Below, one piece after another: positions 1 through 11,231 of a stretch of 32,000 nt of DNA (position 1 is the stretch's first letter; every line of letters starts with the position of its first letter). The stretch is taken from assembly GCF_000400465.1 (NCBI RefSeq), contig NW_008806294.1, forward strand, positions 112,958-144,957, given 5' to 3'. The stretch comes from Wallemia ichthyophaga EXF-994 (taxonomy: Eukaryota > Fungi > Basidiomycota). The notes below the pieces were generated by a model. It was not told the origin of the DNA. It did no database searches and saw nothing but the letters and a program-made list of their open reading frames with translations. The position numbers were made by a program, and so were the translations under genes.

Positions 1-44
1 GCCGCAGCGATGATACCAACGGTGAAGACAGTTTGAGCGATCAT
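1..44 (-). CDS. Class I hydrophobin, 5' end only (runs off the window)
   Basis: Reverse complement reads MIAQTVFTVGIIAA, 42/44 nt identical to the start of the hydrophobin at 506. TATAAAGG at 96-103 (-). Confidence 0.8.
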   Translation of the reverse strand, partial: MIAQTVFTVGIIAA

Positions 45-95
45 TGTGAAGAGTGTGTAGGTTGTGTTGTAGAGATAAACCAAGTGCACCTCAGC

Positions 96-444
96 CCTTT
101 ATAATAATTACATACCTATGCTAAAGACAACGGGCAGGACTAAGGGTGACTATATCATGAAGGTACGGGCTAATTCTTGATTCATCATTCGGAACGAAGA
201 TGTGATCTTGTGATGAATATCAAACACGGAAGTTATTACCGGTAGTTGCAGATAAATTAAAGTAGAGCGCTATAACATCATCAGAAGGCAAAAGATTTGC
301 ATTTTTTTTAAATTATTTCATTTCTACACATCTCATCACCTCCTTCATTCGGAATGTGACTTGCCTTTTTGGAAATTTTAGCGCGAAGGAGCTTTGCCTA
401 GACTGGGTATGAAGACAAAAAATAATTTTTCTCTACTATAAAGG
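96..444. promoter_or_regulatory. Bidirectional promoter of the divergent hydrophobin pair
   Basis: TATAAAGG on - (96-103) and on + (437-444), each about 50-60 nt before an ATG. TCATTCGGAA occurs at 185-194 and 345-354. Confidence 0.55.
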
Positions 445-505
445 AAAGGCGAGCACCGGCTACCTTGTTTCCTTACGACTTCTTAGCTCTTATATCTCTA
501 TTACA

Positions 506-958
506 ATGATCGCTCAAACTGTCTTCACCGTTGGTATTATCGCTGCTGCCTCTGCTGGCTGGGAGCCAAAGACTGGCTCTTGCAACACTGGCTCTATTCA
601 ATGCTGTAAGTATAAGTTGTTTAGCTTCGCACCATCTTACATCGACAAGGCAACCTTGATGAAAAGAAGCAAGTCAGCACCGGCAAGAACGATGCTCTCA
701 TCTCCACCGGCGACATTGCATCCCAAATCGGTGTACAATGTGACCAAGTCCCACTCTTGATCGGAGTTGCTATCGAGGGTTCGTAAAAGTTTTATGTCCT
801 TCTTAAAGCTGACACTCTACAGACGAGTGCAAGAACACCCCAGTCTGTTGCGAGGACTACGACGGCGAGTCTGCAATCGGTCTTGGTAAGTTGGGTTTTG
901 ATATCCATCTACGTGTCTCACCTTTTGCACAGGCTGTGACGCTCTCCCAATCATCTAA
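506..958 (+). CDS. Class I hydrophobin (105 aa)
   Basis: Exons 506-605, 650-778, 823-885, 933-958. Signal peptide and 8-Cys pattern C-CC-C-C-CC-C (GSCNTGSIQCC...VQC...ECKNTPVCC...GC). Acidic composition. Confidence 0.93.
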
Positions 959-1328
959 GCAAGAGTCGCGTTTGCGAAGACGTTTACCATTATTAAGTGG
1001 GCATTGTAATTATTTATTAACAAATATTGTTACCCTGAAAAGAGTTGTGGGAGTGATTATAGGAGATGTGGCTTTGAGGGCTAAGTATTTGGTGAGCTAT
1101 AATAAATCAGGAAATGTAAACAAATACTGTCGTCACTGTACTCCAGTTTGTCTTTCATTTAAAGATTAGATTACATTATAGGTGAGATAAAGTGTACAAA
1201 TATGACGTTGACGCTAATCGAAAGAAAACCTTGATGAGGTCATCGGAAAGTGCTAACGCAGCATTTTCAACTCCGCGGAAGAACTCTAAGTGCTTTATCT
1301 AAGATGTGTCAATAAGACACAGTCACGC

Positions 1329-2008
1329 TCAAACCAACCCACCTTTCGATCTCAATGCGTGCACGAAGTTGACGACGCTATCAACCTCTCTAACATTTTG
1401 ATGGCGGTAATGAGTGCTGACAACGTCGTTAAATAGTTCATGTGCCTCGTCAATGTCAGGTAGGATAGCCTCTTCTTCCATATCTTCTGGATCAAGCATA
1501 TCGTCGTCGTCTTGTTGAGCGGATACGCCTATAGAGGCAGAGCGGGAAGATTTCCTTGAAGGGCGTCTTTTCAAGGGATTGGAAGGGTCATTGAAGGCGT
1601 CGTCTTGATCGATTGGGTCGTGCAGTTGCTCGGTGGAATCTGAAGGGTGGTGATGGATAGTTGGGCGTAGAGCAAAAGGCAGGACAACAGCGCCTGTAGA
1701 GTCTTTAGGCTTTGGTGGTAGATGCTCTGCTAAACGATAGTTGGTCATGTATCGATGAAGTGCAGGAGTGGGGAGAGTAGACAGGTCCAAGTGCTTTAAA
1801 CTGAGTGAGCTACTTCAATAGGCTAAAATTCATCATTTAAACTCACAAGGCTCTCACTCCCCTCGATTCTCAACTCACCAAATCGATTGTCCTCGCTCTT
1901 GGTTGTAATATGCCGTGAATATCCATTCGGTGATGTATAAACACTCGAATCATCATGCCTACGCCTTTTATTTGGCTGCGTTTGCTGAATTTGTCTGATG
2001 TAGCTCAT
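1329..2008 (-). CDS. SAP30: SAP30-like Sin3/HDAC complex subunit
   Basis: DLSTLPTPALHRYMTNYRL motif and C-terminal Sin3-binding region (VVSTHYRHQNVREVDSVVNFVHAL). Preferred model: exons 2008-1847 and 1793-1329. The 5' exon is uncertain (alternative ATG at 1926 with donor at 1878). Confidence 0.75.
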
Positions 2009-2050
2009 TACGGTTCAACGAGGAATATACCTTCAACTCAGACGATCATC

Positions 2051-3529
2051 ATGCCAGAAAATTTATTTAAAAACGTTGGAGATCTCGTCGGCGACTTCGA
2101 GGAGAGCCCCGTACAAGAAATAGAATCGCTCTGTATGGACTGTGAGAAGATGGGCGTCACTAGAATGCTGCTCACTATGATCCCTTACTTCAAAGAAGTC
2201 GTTGTTATGTCCTTCAAATGCGATCACTGCGGTAATATTAACTCAGAAATTCAATCTGCAGGTGAAATTCAGCAGCGTGGCAGTCTCCACACTGTACATG
2301 TCACTTCCCCGGAAGACTTGGATAGACAAATCGTTAAATCTGAGCACGCTACCGTCTCTTTCTTAGAGTATGAGCTCACCGTTCCAGAAGGTAGAGGTCA
2401 GTTGACCAACATCGAGGGCGTTATCAGGGACACCATCCGAGACCTCTCGATGAATCAGCCACTGAGAAAAGTTTTAGATGTGGAGGTTTACAACAAAATT
2501 AACCATTTACTCTCCAGATTGAGAGGTGCTGTTGGTGCATCTGATGATGAGTACAACCCTGAAATCGTCGATGGTCCAACTTCTTCAATCGAAGACAAGA
2601 ACAGAGCTGATGAAAGCCATGATGCTCTTCCATTCACAGCTTTCACCGTACAAGTTAGAGATCCATCAGGTAACTCCTTTGTCTCCTTTAAGGAATCTCC
2701 AAACGATCCAAAGTGGTCTATTCGTGCCTTTAAGCGTACACACGAAGAGAATGTCGCTCTTAGACTCGCAAATGAAGAAGATAAACCACAAGAGAATGTC
2801 AAGCAGGTCGCAGGTCTCAGCGATTCAGATGAGATCACTGCAGACGAAGTCCTCCAATTCCCTGGCATATGTTCAAGTTGCGCAAAGGACAGTCCAACCA
2901 ACATGAAAAAGGTTAACATCCCTTACTTCCAAGATATTTTGATCATGTCAACCAACTGCGAGCACTGTGGATTCAAGGACAACGAAGTCAAATCAGGTGG
3001 TGCAATTCCAGAGAAAGGCAAGCGTATCACTTTAAAGGTTGAAGATGAGGAGGATTTATCTAGAGACATTCTCAAGTCAGAGCACGCTGGTTTGTCTATT
3101 CCAGACATCAACCTCGTCCTTGAACCTGGAACTCTTGGTGGTAGATTCACAACCCTTGAAGGTCTTCTCGCTCAAGTTTACGAAGATCTCTCGACAAAGG
3201 CTTTCATTGGCGATAGTGCTATCGATACTCAGGCTGGTGATTCAGGATTAATTGGTAGTACTCAAATGCAGGAGTTTGATAAGTTTTTGACCCAACTCAA
3301 GACTGTCATGACAGCAGCAAAACCATTTACCGTTATAATCGACGATCCTCTCTCCAGCTCTTACATCCAAAACTTCAACGCACCAGAACCCGATGAACAA
3401 ATCCTTATTGAGGAGTATGAGCGTACTCACCAGCAGAATGATGATCTAGGATTAACACAGTGGGTTTATACGTTTAAAGAGGGACGAACTGACAAAATTT
3501 TCTGCAGAATGAAGACTGAAAATTACTAA
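2051..3529 (+). CDS. ZPR1: Zinc finger protein ZPR1 (eEF1A chaperone)
   Basis: Two ZPR1 modules (EIESLCMDC...FKCDHCG; CSSC...TNCEHCGFK). Start MPENLFKNVG at 2051. Intron 3460-3507 gives the conserved C-terminus DLGLTQMKTENY. Confidence 0.95.
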   Translation: MPENLFKNVGDLVGDFEESPVQEIESLCMDCEKMGVTRMLLTMIPYFKEVVVMSFKCDHCGNINSEIQSAGEIQQRGSLHTVHVTSPEDLDRQIVKSEHATVSFLEYELTVPEGRGQLTNIEGVIRDTIRDLSMNQPLRKVLDVEVYNKINHLLSRLRGAVGASDDEYNPEIVDGPTSSIEDKNRADESHDALPFTAFTVQVRDPSGNSFVSFKESPNDPKWSIRAFKRTHEENVALRLANEEDKPQENVKQVAGLSDSDEITADEVLQFPGICSSCAKDSPTNMKKVNIPYFQDILIMSTNCEHCGFKDNEVKSGGAIPEKGKRITLKVEDEEDLSRDILKSEHAGLSIPDINLVLEPGTLGGRFTTLEGLLAQVYEDLSTKAFIGDSAIDTQAGDSGLIGSTQMQEFDKFLTQLKTVMTAAKPFTVIIDDPLSSSYIQNFNAPEPDEQILIEEYERTHQQNDDLGLTQWVYTFKEGRTDKIFCRMKTENY

Positions 3530-3679
3530 CCTTAAGCATTCCTTTGAGCACTCATAAAGGACTAAGTTATTTCTCTCTATAGACATGTGTACATTTTTAT
3601 CGATCTTTCCTTTGCAAGCCAGTGCAATTTCCATTCTTAAAACACGCACGTGGGTGATTGTTTGCTTCCCACGTTCAGT

Positions 3680-5163
3680 ATGATTGTGCCAACAGTAGCT
3701 AGTATCTTGCTGTATATATCTCAATTATTCGTTGGGAGTATTGTCAGGGAGTCAAATGATTTCACTTTGCCTTCTCTGGGCGAGAGCAACACCAGCTTTG
3801 TCAACTCGCTCAAATTGAATAATGTAACGGATATGAAGAGGCACGGTAGACTAAGCAAGTGGTCTGCTACCAATAAGGCAAGATTTCTTAAGGATCTGGA
3901 CGCCGGTAAGGCTGGTGATTGGATCGTCGGTGAGATTCTCAAACACTGGTAATTCAACTCCCCCTCACCCCGTTTACAGCTCTAGGCAACCAGGCTGCAG
4001 ACACAGACAGTCTCGCTAGCTCTATCGCTATGGCTTACCACCTCGAACATACACAAGAAGGTACAAATGCAATCGCTTTATTACAAACACCGCGTGACTC
4101 GTTAGACTTACGTCCAGAAAACAAACTGGCGTTGAGGGATGCAGCTATGTCCCATGGAGACCATCAGGATCTGCTCACAATCGATGAGTTACCGATGAAA
4201 GTTAAGAGACTTGCACCTCTGCTTAAAGGTATAGCGTTAGTGGATCACCCAGAGCCAGTTGGTGATTGGAAGCTAGCCAACATTTCTGCAATCATTGATC
4301 ATCACAAGGATAGGCATTGGGGTGAAGATGCTGATCCGCGTATCATTGAAATGTCCAAGAGCTGTTCATCTCTAGTTGCTAGAGATCTGATGAATGATCA
4401 CAGGAATCTACAAATGGAGGGTGAAAAAATGCCTCGTGAGTTAGCAGATATACTCCTCGCAGCGATTGCATTAGATAGTGATGGATTGGAGAACGCGACT
4501 GATGTAGATCTTAGCTCTGCTGTAGAGCTGTACAAATACGCAAACGGACAGCACAAGAAATTCAAAAGCAAGAAATTTTTCAAGTACATGACCAAGCTTA
4601 ATAGAGCATATAGAAATGCTCGCAAGGATCTTGAACAGCTCAATTTCCTCGATCTGCTCAAAAGAGACTATAAAGGTGACCTCTTCCAGCCCTCAAACCA
4701 CAAGCAGCACAGATTGCACCTCGGGTTCGCCAGCATACCATTCTCAATTGAAGATCAGATTAAAAGATCGCTTCCTAGCAAAACACTTCGCGAGTACAGA
4801 GCCATCGAGCGGCAGTTCATGATTGATAGAAGCAGCGATATAAACGTCATTATGTCGAAACACAAGGAGAAAGATGTGAACGGGGAGAAAGTTAAAGTGA
4901 GAGATATAGGCGTGCTCGTCAGACACGATGGCAGGCTGAATGGCACTTCACTCGCGCAAGTTTCGTTCGACAATATTGTTAAAGCGATTGAAGGCAATTT
5001 GCAAGTAAAGAGGTGGAATGGATCTGATGGCGGAGACGATGGTGGAGAGTTAGGCGGACGCAGACGAATCTGGACACAAATCGGAGGCAATGGTGCGGAC
5101 AGTGGTGGCGTCGGAAGGAAGGTAATAAGGCCGCTAATAGAGGAATCATTGAGGTATATTTGA
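3680..5163 (+). CDS. DHH-family exopolyphosphatase (Ppx1/Prune-like) with N-terminal hydrophobic signal
   Basis: Exons 3680-3929 and 3980-5163 (477 aa). Motifs GNQAADTDS, LVDH, IIDHH, SCSSLV and DHHA2-type LLKRDYK. Confidence 0.85.
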
Positions 5164-5291
5164 AGGCTATGAAACGTTCCAATGCCATAATACATTCGCA
5201 CAATTTTAATATTTTTGTACTCGTGCGCCGATTTGACTGGCCGACATGCGCCCCCTTAAATTACGACACTTGAGATCTAGACGATAAATTT

Positions 5292-8230
5292 ATGGCAAGC
5301 ACGAGCAGCGCAATCCAGCAAATAATATTTCGTAAGCCTTCGCGGAAATATTCAACGTCTGGTTTTGAGCGCAGATCGATTTGGGGAAAGACTGGGATAG
5401 ATTTGAACGGGAGCGAGAGCGGTAGCGCAGGCGACACAACCAGTGAGCGTGGCAGCAGCTCACCTGGTATGAGATCAAGATCAATTTCGATATCTCGTCC
5501 GCCATCTGCTTATTCTGCTTATTCTGCACGGACTGCTCGGTCAGCAGCCTCAGCACCCTTAGCAACCGCGCAGAATACAGAAAAAGAGCTGCCGAAGCCA
5601 TACGAGGCCAATGAGGGCTCTGAGATTAGCACTATTATTGAAGATAATGAGGACACGGAAACTATCAACGGCGAACGTGCAAATGGGTCTGAAAGCGTGA
5701 GCAGAAATTGCTATACTCATACGCCTACTGAAACTTAGCAGACATTTAGAGCTGAAGATGCGAGAGCCAATGAAGCTCAGGACCAAGATTCACATTCAGA
5801 TTCCTCGTCTTCCTCAAATTCACTCAGACGCAGTGCATCCTTCAAATCGCTAGCTCAATCAGTTGCGTCCACAACTGACCAGTCTTTTGTCTCTGCACAG
5901 GAAAGTATAGAATCCATGTCGAGTGCAGCGTCATTCCACTCAACACCGTCGACATTAAACATTCAAGGGGATGATGAGAACGATGCTAGCTCTGTGAGCT
6001 TGGCCTCGCAGTATTCTCAGAGCAGCGCGAATAACGACGAAAGAGAGGCCCTGGACGCTGCCACTGCTTTGCCTGACGTACAGGTGGACAACAGACGACA
6101 GAGTGCCGACAGCGCCAATAATGTTGATGCAAACAAAGAATCCAAGCCCAACAACAGCACTGATACTAGCCCCGCCAATACTGTAGTCGATAGTATTTTC
6201 GATAGCACACAAAGAAGCCATGGAAGCCCTACCTCTGAGCTGGAATCTAACATCAGCACAACAACAGCAGCAACTGTGACACCGAAGCAGTCGCCAACGC
6301 TGCCCCTTTCGCCAAAAAAGAGAAATTTTTCAACTACCAGTAACGCATCAACAGTCAGAGCATCAATGACCAGGAATCTGCCAGATGCACCAGCTGTACC
6401 AGTTACGACCGCTTTATCAGTTGCACCAACTGCACCAACTGCACCAACTGCACCAACTGCACCCGCTACATCTGCTACACCACCAAAAGGAAATAGACGA
6501 AGAGTAGCATCAACTCCGTCTAACAACAACCAAGTGAACTTTAGACGGCTCTCCACCGATACAAGCTCAACAAAACCACCTTTACCTGAAAGACCGCAGA
6601 GTCAACTGCTGCTACCAAGCGATTTCGTAAAAATGCGCAAAAGTGGTGGTTCACCGAGCACTGTCGGTGATAGTGTTGTTAGTGAGAGTACAAAGTATCC
6701 TGCTTCGAATGCTACATCAACTACAAACAAGATTCCACGCTCGGAAGCGACGAGCGCGACAACACGCAGTCGGACATGGTCAGTTAGTGGAACTGCACTG
6801 TCTAGCAAACCTAGCGTGAAGAGACCTACGACCAGCATAGACCAGATGCTACCTGATGATGCTTTAGGTATAGATCGCTCAATGCTTAGTATCAGTGTTA
6901 CAAGTGGAGCAGCTGAGAAGCTGACCAAACCAAGTAAATCCTTCATGGGTAAAAAGAGAAGCGCGAACTGGAGCGGAGCGCGTGGTAGAAAGCACACACA
7001 ACTATACAAACCTACGATAACACTCGGATTGAACAGCCACTTCAAACCACCTCAGAAATTAGATCCTCATTCTGTTCTCATCAAAGGTGCGTGTTTTTGG
7101 CTTTGTGGTTCTGGCTAACGCTATCAACAGTTCATAGCACCGCTTTGGATAACTTTGACGCGATGACTCTCATGCGTGGCTCTAACGCCCAATACAACAA
7201 CAAGAACAAAAGTGGCATGGAGGCCCCACCTGGTCCTGAGTACGGCTTCATCCCTGGTAGAATGGCTCTCGGACAGGTCGTAGAGGTTGGTTGGAAAGTG
7301 AAAAACATCAATCGCCAGTGGGTATGGGCTTTGCTCTCTACAGAGAAGGTGAGAAGAGGTGTTTGTGAAAAGGCCAACTGCTAACCTATCACTTTAAAGT
7401 CGGGATGTCTTAGCGAATACATTGTCGTCAACCGGACTAGAGTTTCGCCGGCACCTATCGAAAAAGCCGGTCAGGACATTAGCAAATTGTCTACTGTCCC
7501 TCTTAAAGCATTTGCGGCACAAAAGCTCTCCACATCACACATGGCACAACTAAAACAAGGATCACGCATTCTTGTACTCGCCGCTAGTTCCAACCCGTAC
7601 AACTCCGTATCGACTTATATCATAGAAGAGCTGAAAGAGCGTAATTGTCAGGTATTTGTGCAGACAACGACGCACTCCGATTTTAACTATGGCGTTGGAG
7701 TGTACGAGTTAGCAGGTGCATTGAAAGATATCACTTCTGACCAGCTCGAGGGTAGTTTCGAGATGGTGATCGATGCGCGACTTTGTTTTGACGAAAAGGA
7801 AAACATCCAGGCTCTTGAGTGGTGCAGGAGGATTCTATGCAGAAATGGCGCATTTATCACACTCGTTCCTGACATGATGGACGTCGATCAATCAAAACCA
7901 GTCAAGACGCGGAGTCTTTGGAGTCAAATAGTCGGCATGCTTTTTGGTAGTCAGTCCAGAAAGAGTTTACAGAAGGTCGTTCTCGGCGTACCTGGCGAAG
8001 ACGACGTCGACCCGGCGTCAGGTATGGATGTGAGAGATATTTTGGATGAGATTGCTCGCAAGATTAACAGTGGTGTTTACTCCACATTCCTCAACGACAA
8101 GTCGCACATTAATGCATATCAGCTGGAGAATGCCACGTCGGCATTCCATACTATTGGGTTTAATGAGAGGGGGAACCATATCAACAATCAACCTTTATCA
8201 GATTATGCAGTTGTTAGGATGCGTTCTTAG
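5292..8230 (+). CDS. 933-aa protein: about 570-aa Ser/Thr/Pro-rich disordered N-terminus plus GroES-like/MDR (enoyl-reductase/ADH-like) C-terminal fold
   Basis: Exons 5292-5696, 5739-7086, 7131-7348, 7400-8230 join in frame. VLIKVHSTALDNFD...GFIPGRMALGQVVEVG...SGCLSEYIVV is typical of the ADH_N domain. Confidence 0.75.
6423..6464 (+). repeat. 9-bp coding tandem repeat (GCACCAACT)n encoding (APT)n
   Basis: Four perfect copies plus a partial copy, seen directly. Confidence 0.9.
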
Positions 8231-8315
8231 TTTTTTTTTTTGTTTTACAGTCTACTTTTAATTATATTACAATGCACTTGCAATTACTTTTAATTTTCGT
8301 CTATACGTTTGATTC

Positions 8316-9672
8316 TCACTTCTTCTTGCGCGATATGTCTTTGGCTTTTTTGCCTCCGACACTCATTTCTTCATCGTCGTTCAGCACACCGGCCAAGTCC
8401 ATAGCTTCGCGCGCAACCTGATTGATGTACTTGAAGCGATCAGCGCCAAGATGAACACCACCATACCATCTCGTTACAACAACTAGAACGTCTGAGTTGG
8501 GTGTCAAAGCGAGCGATCAATGGAATGTCTTTGTGTGTACTCACTGTTTACATCCTGGAGATATGTTTGATGAGATCATGTGCAAAAATCGGAAATCATA
8601 CGCGAAAACAAAAAGAAGAAACCTACCAAAATAGACAAAAGGTGCGCAATACGATTGCCTGCAGCAGATTCGCCGTCGTCATCATTATCTGAGATTGAGA
8701 TGTCAGGTTAGCATTGCAGGGAGAGTTGAAAAAGACCAACCTTGATGCTGGACACCATCAGGGGATCTGAATCTCCAAGCATCTAGAGAGGTGTGAGGAT
8801 TGCGGAGAGTGGTAGTGATAAGAGAGCACCCACTGATAACGGGATGAGTAGCACGAGCAATTTTCTACCACAGAAATCAGCACGAATCGCCAAAGCAACA
8901 CGTACCCACTCTATCGTTCTGCAAATGGCCCAGAATGAGTGGTACCTGTGTATGTGAAGAGATGCGAACGCAATGGCCAGCTTATGTGGTGGTGTGAGAG
9001 GGGGTAAATGTTAAACATACGCATCGACGACTGACCGAAAGTAGATTTGGAGTAAGTAACAGAAGGTGTAGTAACGATTTCGAGTCCATCAGGCAGACCA
9101 TCGAGTTGATGTTCTAGAGAAGCAGCAAACGCCGCATCTTCCTCCAATTGTCTCTCCTGAGCAATAAGTTGAGGATTAGTGGCTAATCTGACCTCGCGCT
9201 CCTCCTCTCTTTGCAACTCGCCAACAACGACTCTATTAGTGAGATCCTCGTACCATTTCGTGCATTTCTCGCGCGCGTCTTCTACACCGTTATAGATGGC
9301 AGCCTCGCCTTGTACCCACTCAGCCCCGCCCGTCTGGGATATGAATGAACGGAGGATCTGACCGAAGAGGGAGGAGTCCACGCCGTGGGAGCCTATGTAT
9401 TTCGACAGGAGTTGCATCTGCGGCGCGGCTGTGTGTGGGTATGCTTGAGGGAGTGATATAAGAATATCGATGCCGATTTCGTCGTGTGGTTCGAGAAGGT
9501 TTGCTCCCACTACTATCCGGATCGTCCCCGGCTCGTCATCCGCTTGATTCTCCCGCCCCTCTTCGCCGAATTGACACAGGGCTTCGGGACCGTAGATGGC
9601 CTGCAGTGCTTCTAGCTCGGTGGCGAGCGTGTCCCTGCCGCTTTCGTACAGTTTGGTGATGAGATCCTGCAT
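8316..9672 (-). CDS. YIH1: IMPACT-family protein (RWD + UPF0029), Gcn2 regulator
   Basis: Exons 9672-9036, 8980-8910, 8864-8834, 8782-8741, 8688-8627, 8554-8545, 8491-8316 (342 aa). Motifs ELEALQAIYG, KIARATHPVINAWR, DDDGESAAG, VVVTRWYGGVHLGADRF. Confidence 0.92.
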
Positions 9673-9800
9673 CGCACGCGTGCTGTGTCCTGTGTGCTGC
9701 TTAGTGCTCTCGTGGTGGCACACAAACAAAGACAAAAGATAGAAATATCGCTCAATCGATTCATGCTCAGTTCAGTTCTACATGTGTTCCGGTAGATGGA

Positions 9801-10524
9801 TCAGCCCAGCGACTTGTTCAGATAGTCTTCCGTTAGCGCCTCAGCGCCGTCTCTGACTTCTACAATCTAAGCGGCGTCAGCGAGGCGCTGTTGCATTCGC
9901 AGTACTCAATACTCACCCTACTGACTTGAGCCACCTGCTGGAACATTGATAAGCCACTGTAAGCGGGGTAAGCAAAAGCAGCGGTACTGTCTCGCTCCAA
10001 CTCACGACGCGTGCAAAGTATTCATTTCCGGTGAGGACGTAGTCGGTTTCCAGTTGATCATCGCTAGAGGCACGGCTAATCTGCCGTCAGCGTGTTTGAG
10101 GGGGTATGATATAACGACGTATCGCGGCGCGTTTTCTGGAAGTTCTGGTGTTCGGTGTGAGCTGGAGGTGTGCGCCGGTCGCGGAGGACACTCCCACCAT
10201 CTGCCAGCTCCTCCACGGAAATGTTCTCGAGGCGCTCGTCGACTTCCAGGCAGAGCTGATGATGTTGTTAGAAGTGTGCGCAGACGCGTCTGAGAGTGTG
10301 GGCCACCTTCTGCTTGTTGATCTGCGTGGCTGGCGTTAGTACCCTTTCAATCCTCATACGCACAACCCCACGCACTTTGACAATCAACACGGAAATACCT
10401 TCAAGTCTGCTGAATCTGAATTTACGCAGCTCCTCTCGGACTTGGACGGGTATGTCGATCTGGCGCTATCAGATAGGCAATTCAAACGCCTCTTTTGCCC
10501 GCTCACAGTTTTCGATTGTGACAT
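9801..10524 (-). CDS. GMF1: Glia maturation factor (ADF-H family, Arp2/3 debranching factor; yeast AIM7)
   Basis: Seven exons (10524-10507, 10459-10376, 10321-10307, 10255-10198, 10144-10006, 9956-9917, 9866-9801) give 139 aa: ELRKFRF...[31 protein letters not shown]. Absent from the ORF track. Confidence 0.9.
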
Positions 10525-10565
10525 GGTGGTTGAGCTGAATGCTGTTATCTATCTCCCCAACGCCC

Positions 10566-11101
10566 ATGACATTCCCTCTGGTGCACAGTCTGTGGATATT
10601 GAATAAAGCAGGCGGATTGGTGTACTCGCGGTCTTTTTCTGGTGCGTTTTGCTCCACTTGCGCTTTCACATACGTTGTCTCAATCGCAGTTGGACAGATC
10701 AATTGCCGGGGCTCAACTCTAATGAGCAGCTCGTGTTGGCTGGCACATTGCACGGTGTGCATGCCATCTGCTCGCGCATTTCCCCAATCACGACCTCTAA
10801 ATGCAGCGGTGTACAAGTACTCGAATCCGATTCGTTCGATCTAACTATCTTCTTGACAAGGACTGGTGGGTTGTATGCGCTTTGATTAGACACGCTATTA
10901 ACCCACACAGGCACAAAATTCGTCCTGATTACCACACCAGGTCATCCAGCTACCCAGGCACTCCTCAGTAGGGTTTACGAGGTTTACGCAGACACAGTAA
11001 TGAAAAATCCTTTCCATATACCTGAAATGCCAATACGGAATGAAATTCTCGACAGGACGCTCGATGGATTCCTGCGAACACCCGATTTTATGACTCATTA
11101 G
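10566..11101 (+). CDS. TRS23: TRAPP complex subunit Trs23 (sybindin family)
   Basis: Exons 10566-10641, 10698-10865, 10911-11101. Motifs LWILNKAGGLVY, GTLHGVHAI, TGTKFVL, YADTVMKNPFHIPEMPIR. Confidence 0.92.
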
Positions 11102-11231
11102 AGAAGAAAAAGCGTTATTCATTATTAATACAGTTGTTGTAGTCTATGCGCGGTGTTTTTTACGTGTTGTGAAATTCTATGCAAGTTGAGACAAAGTTGG
11201 AAGGTATCATTCGGCATCAGAATTTACCTCT

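Noticed and set aside
1955-2050. N-terminal extension of ZPR1 given by the ORF track
   Set aside because: Homology starts at MPENLFK (2051), and the extension overlaps the SAP30 5' region.
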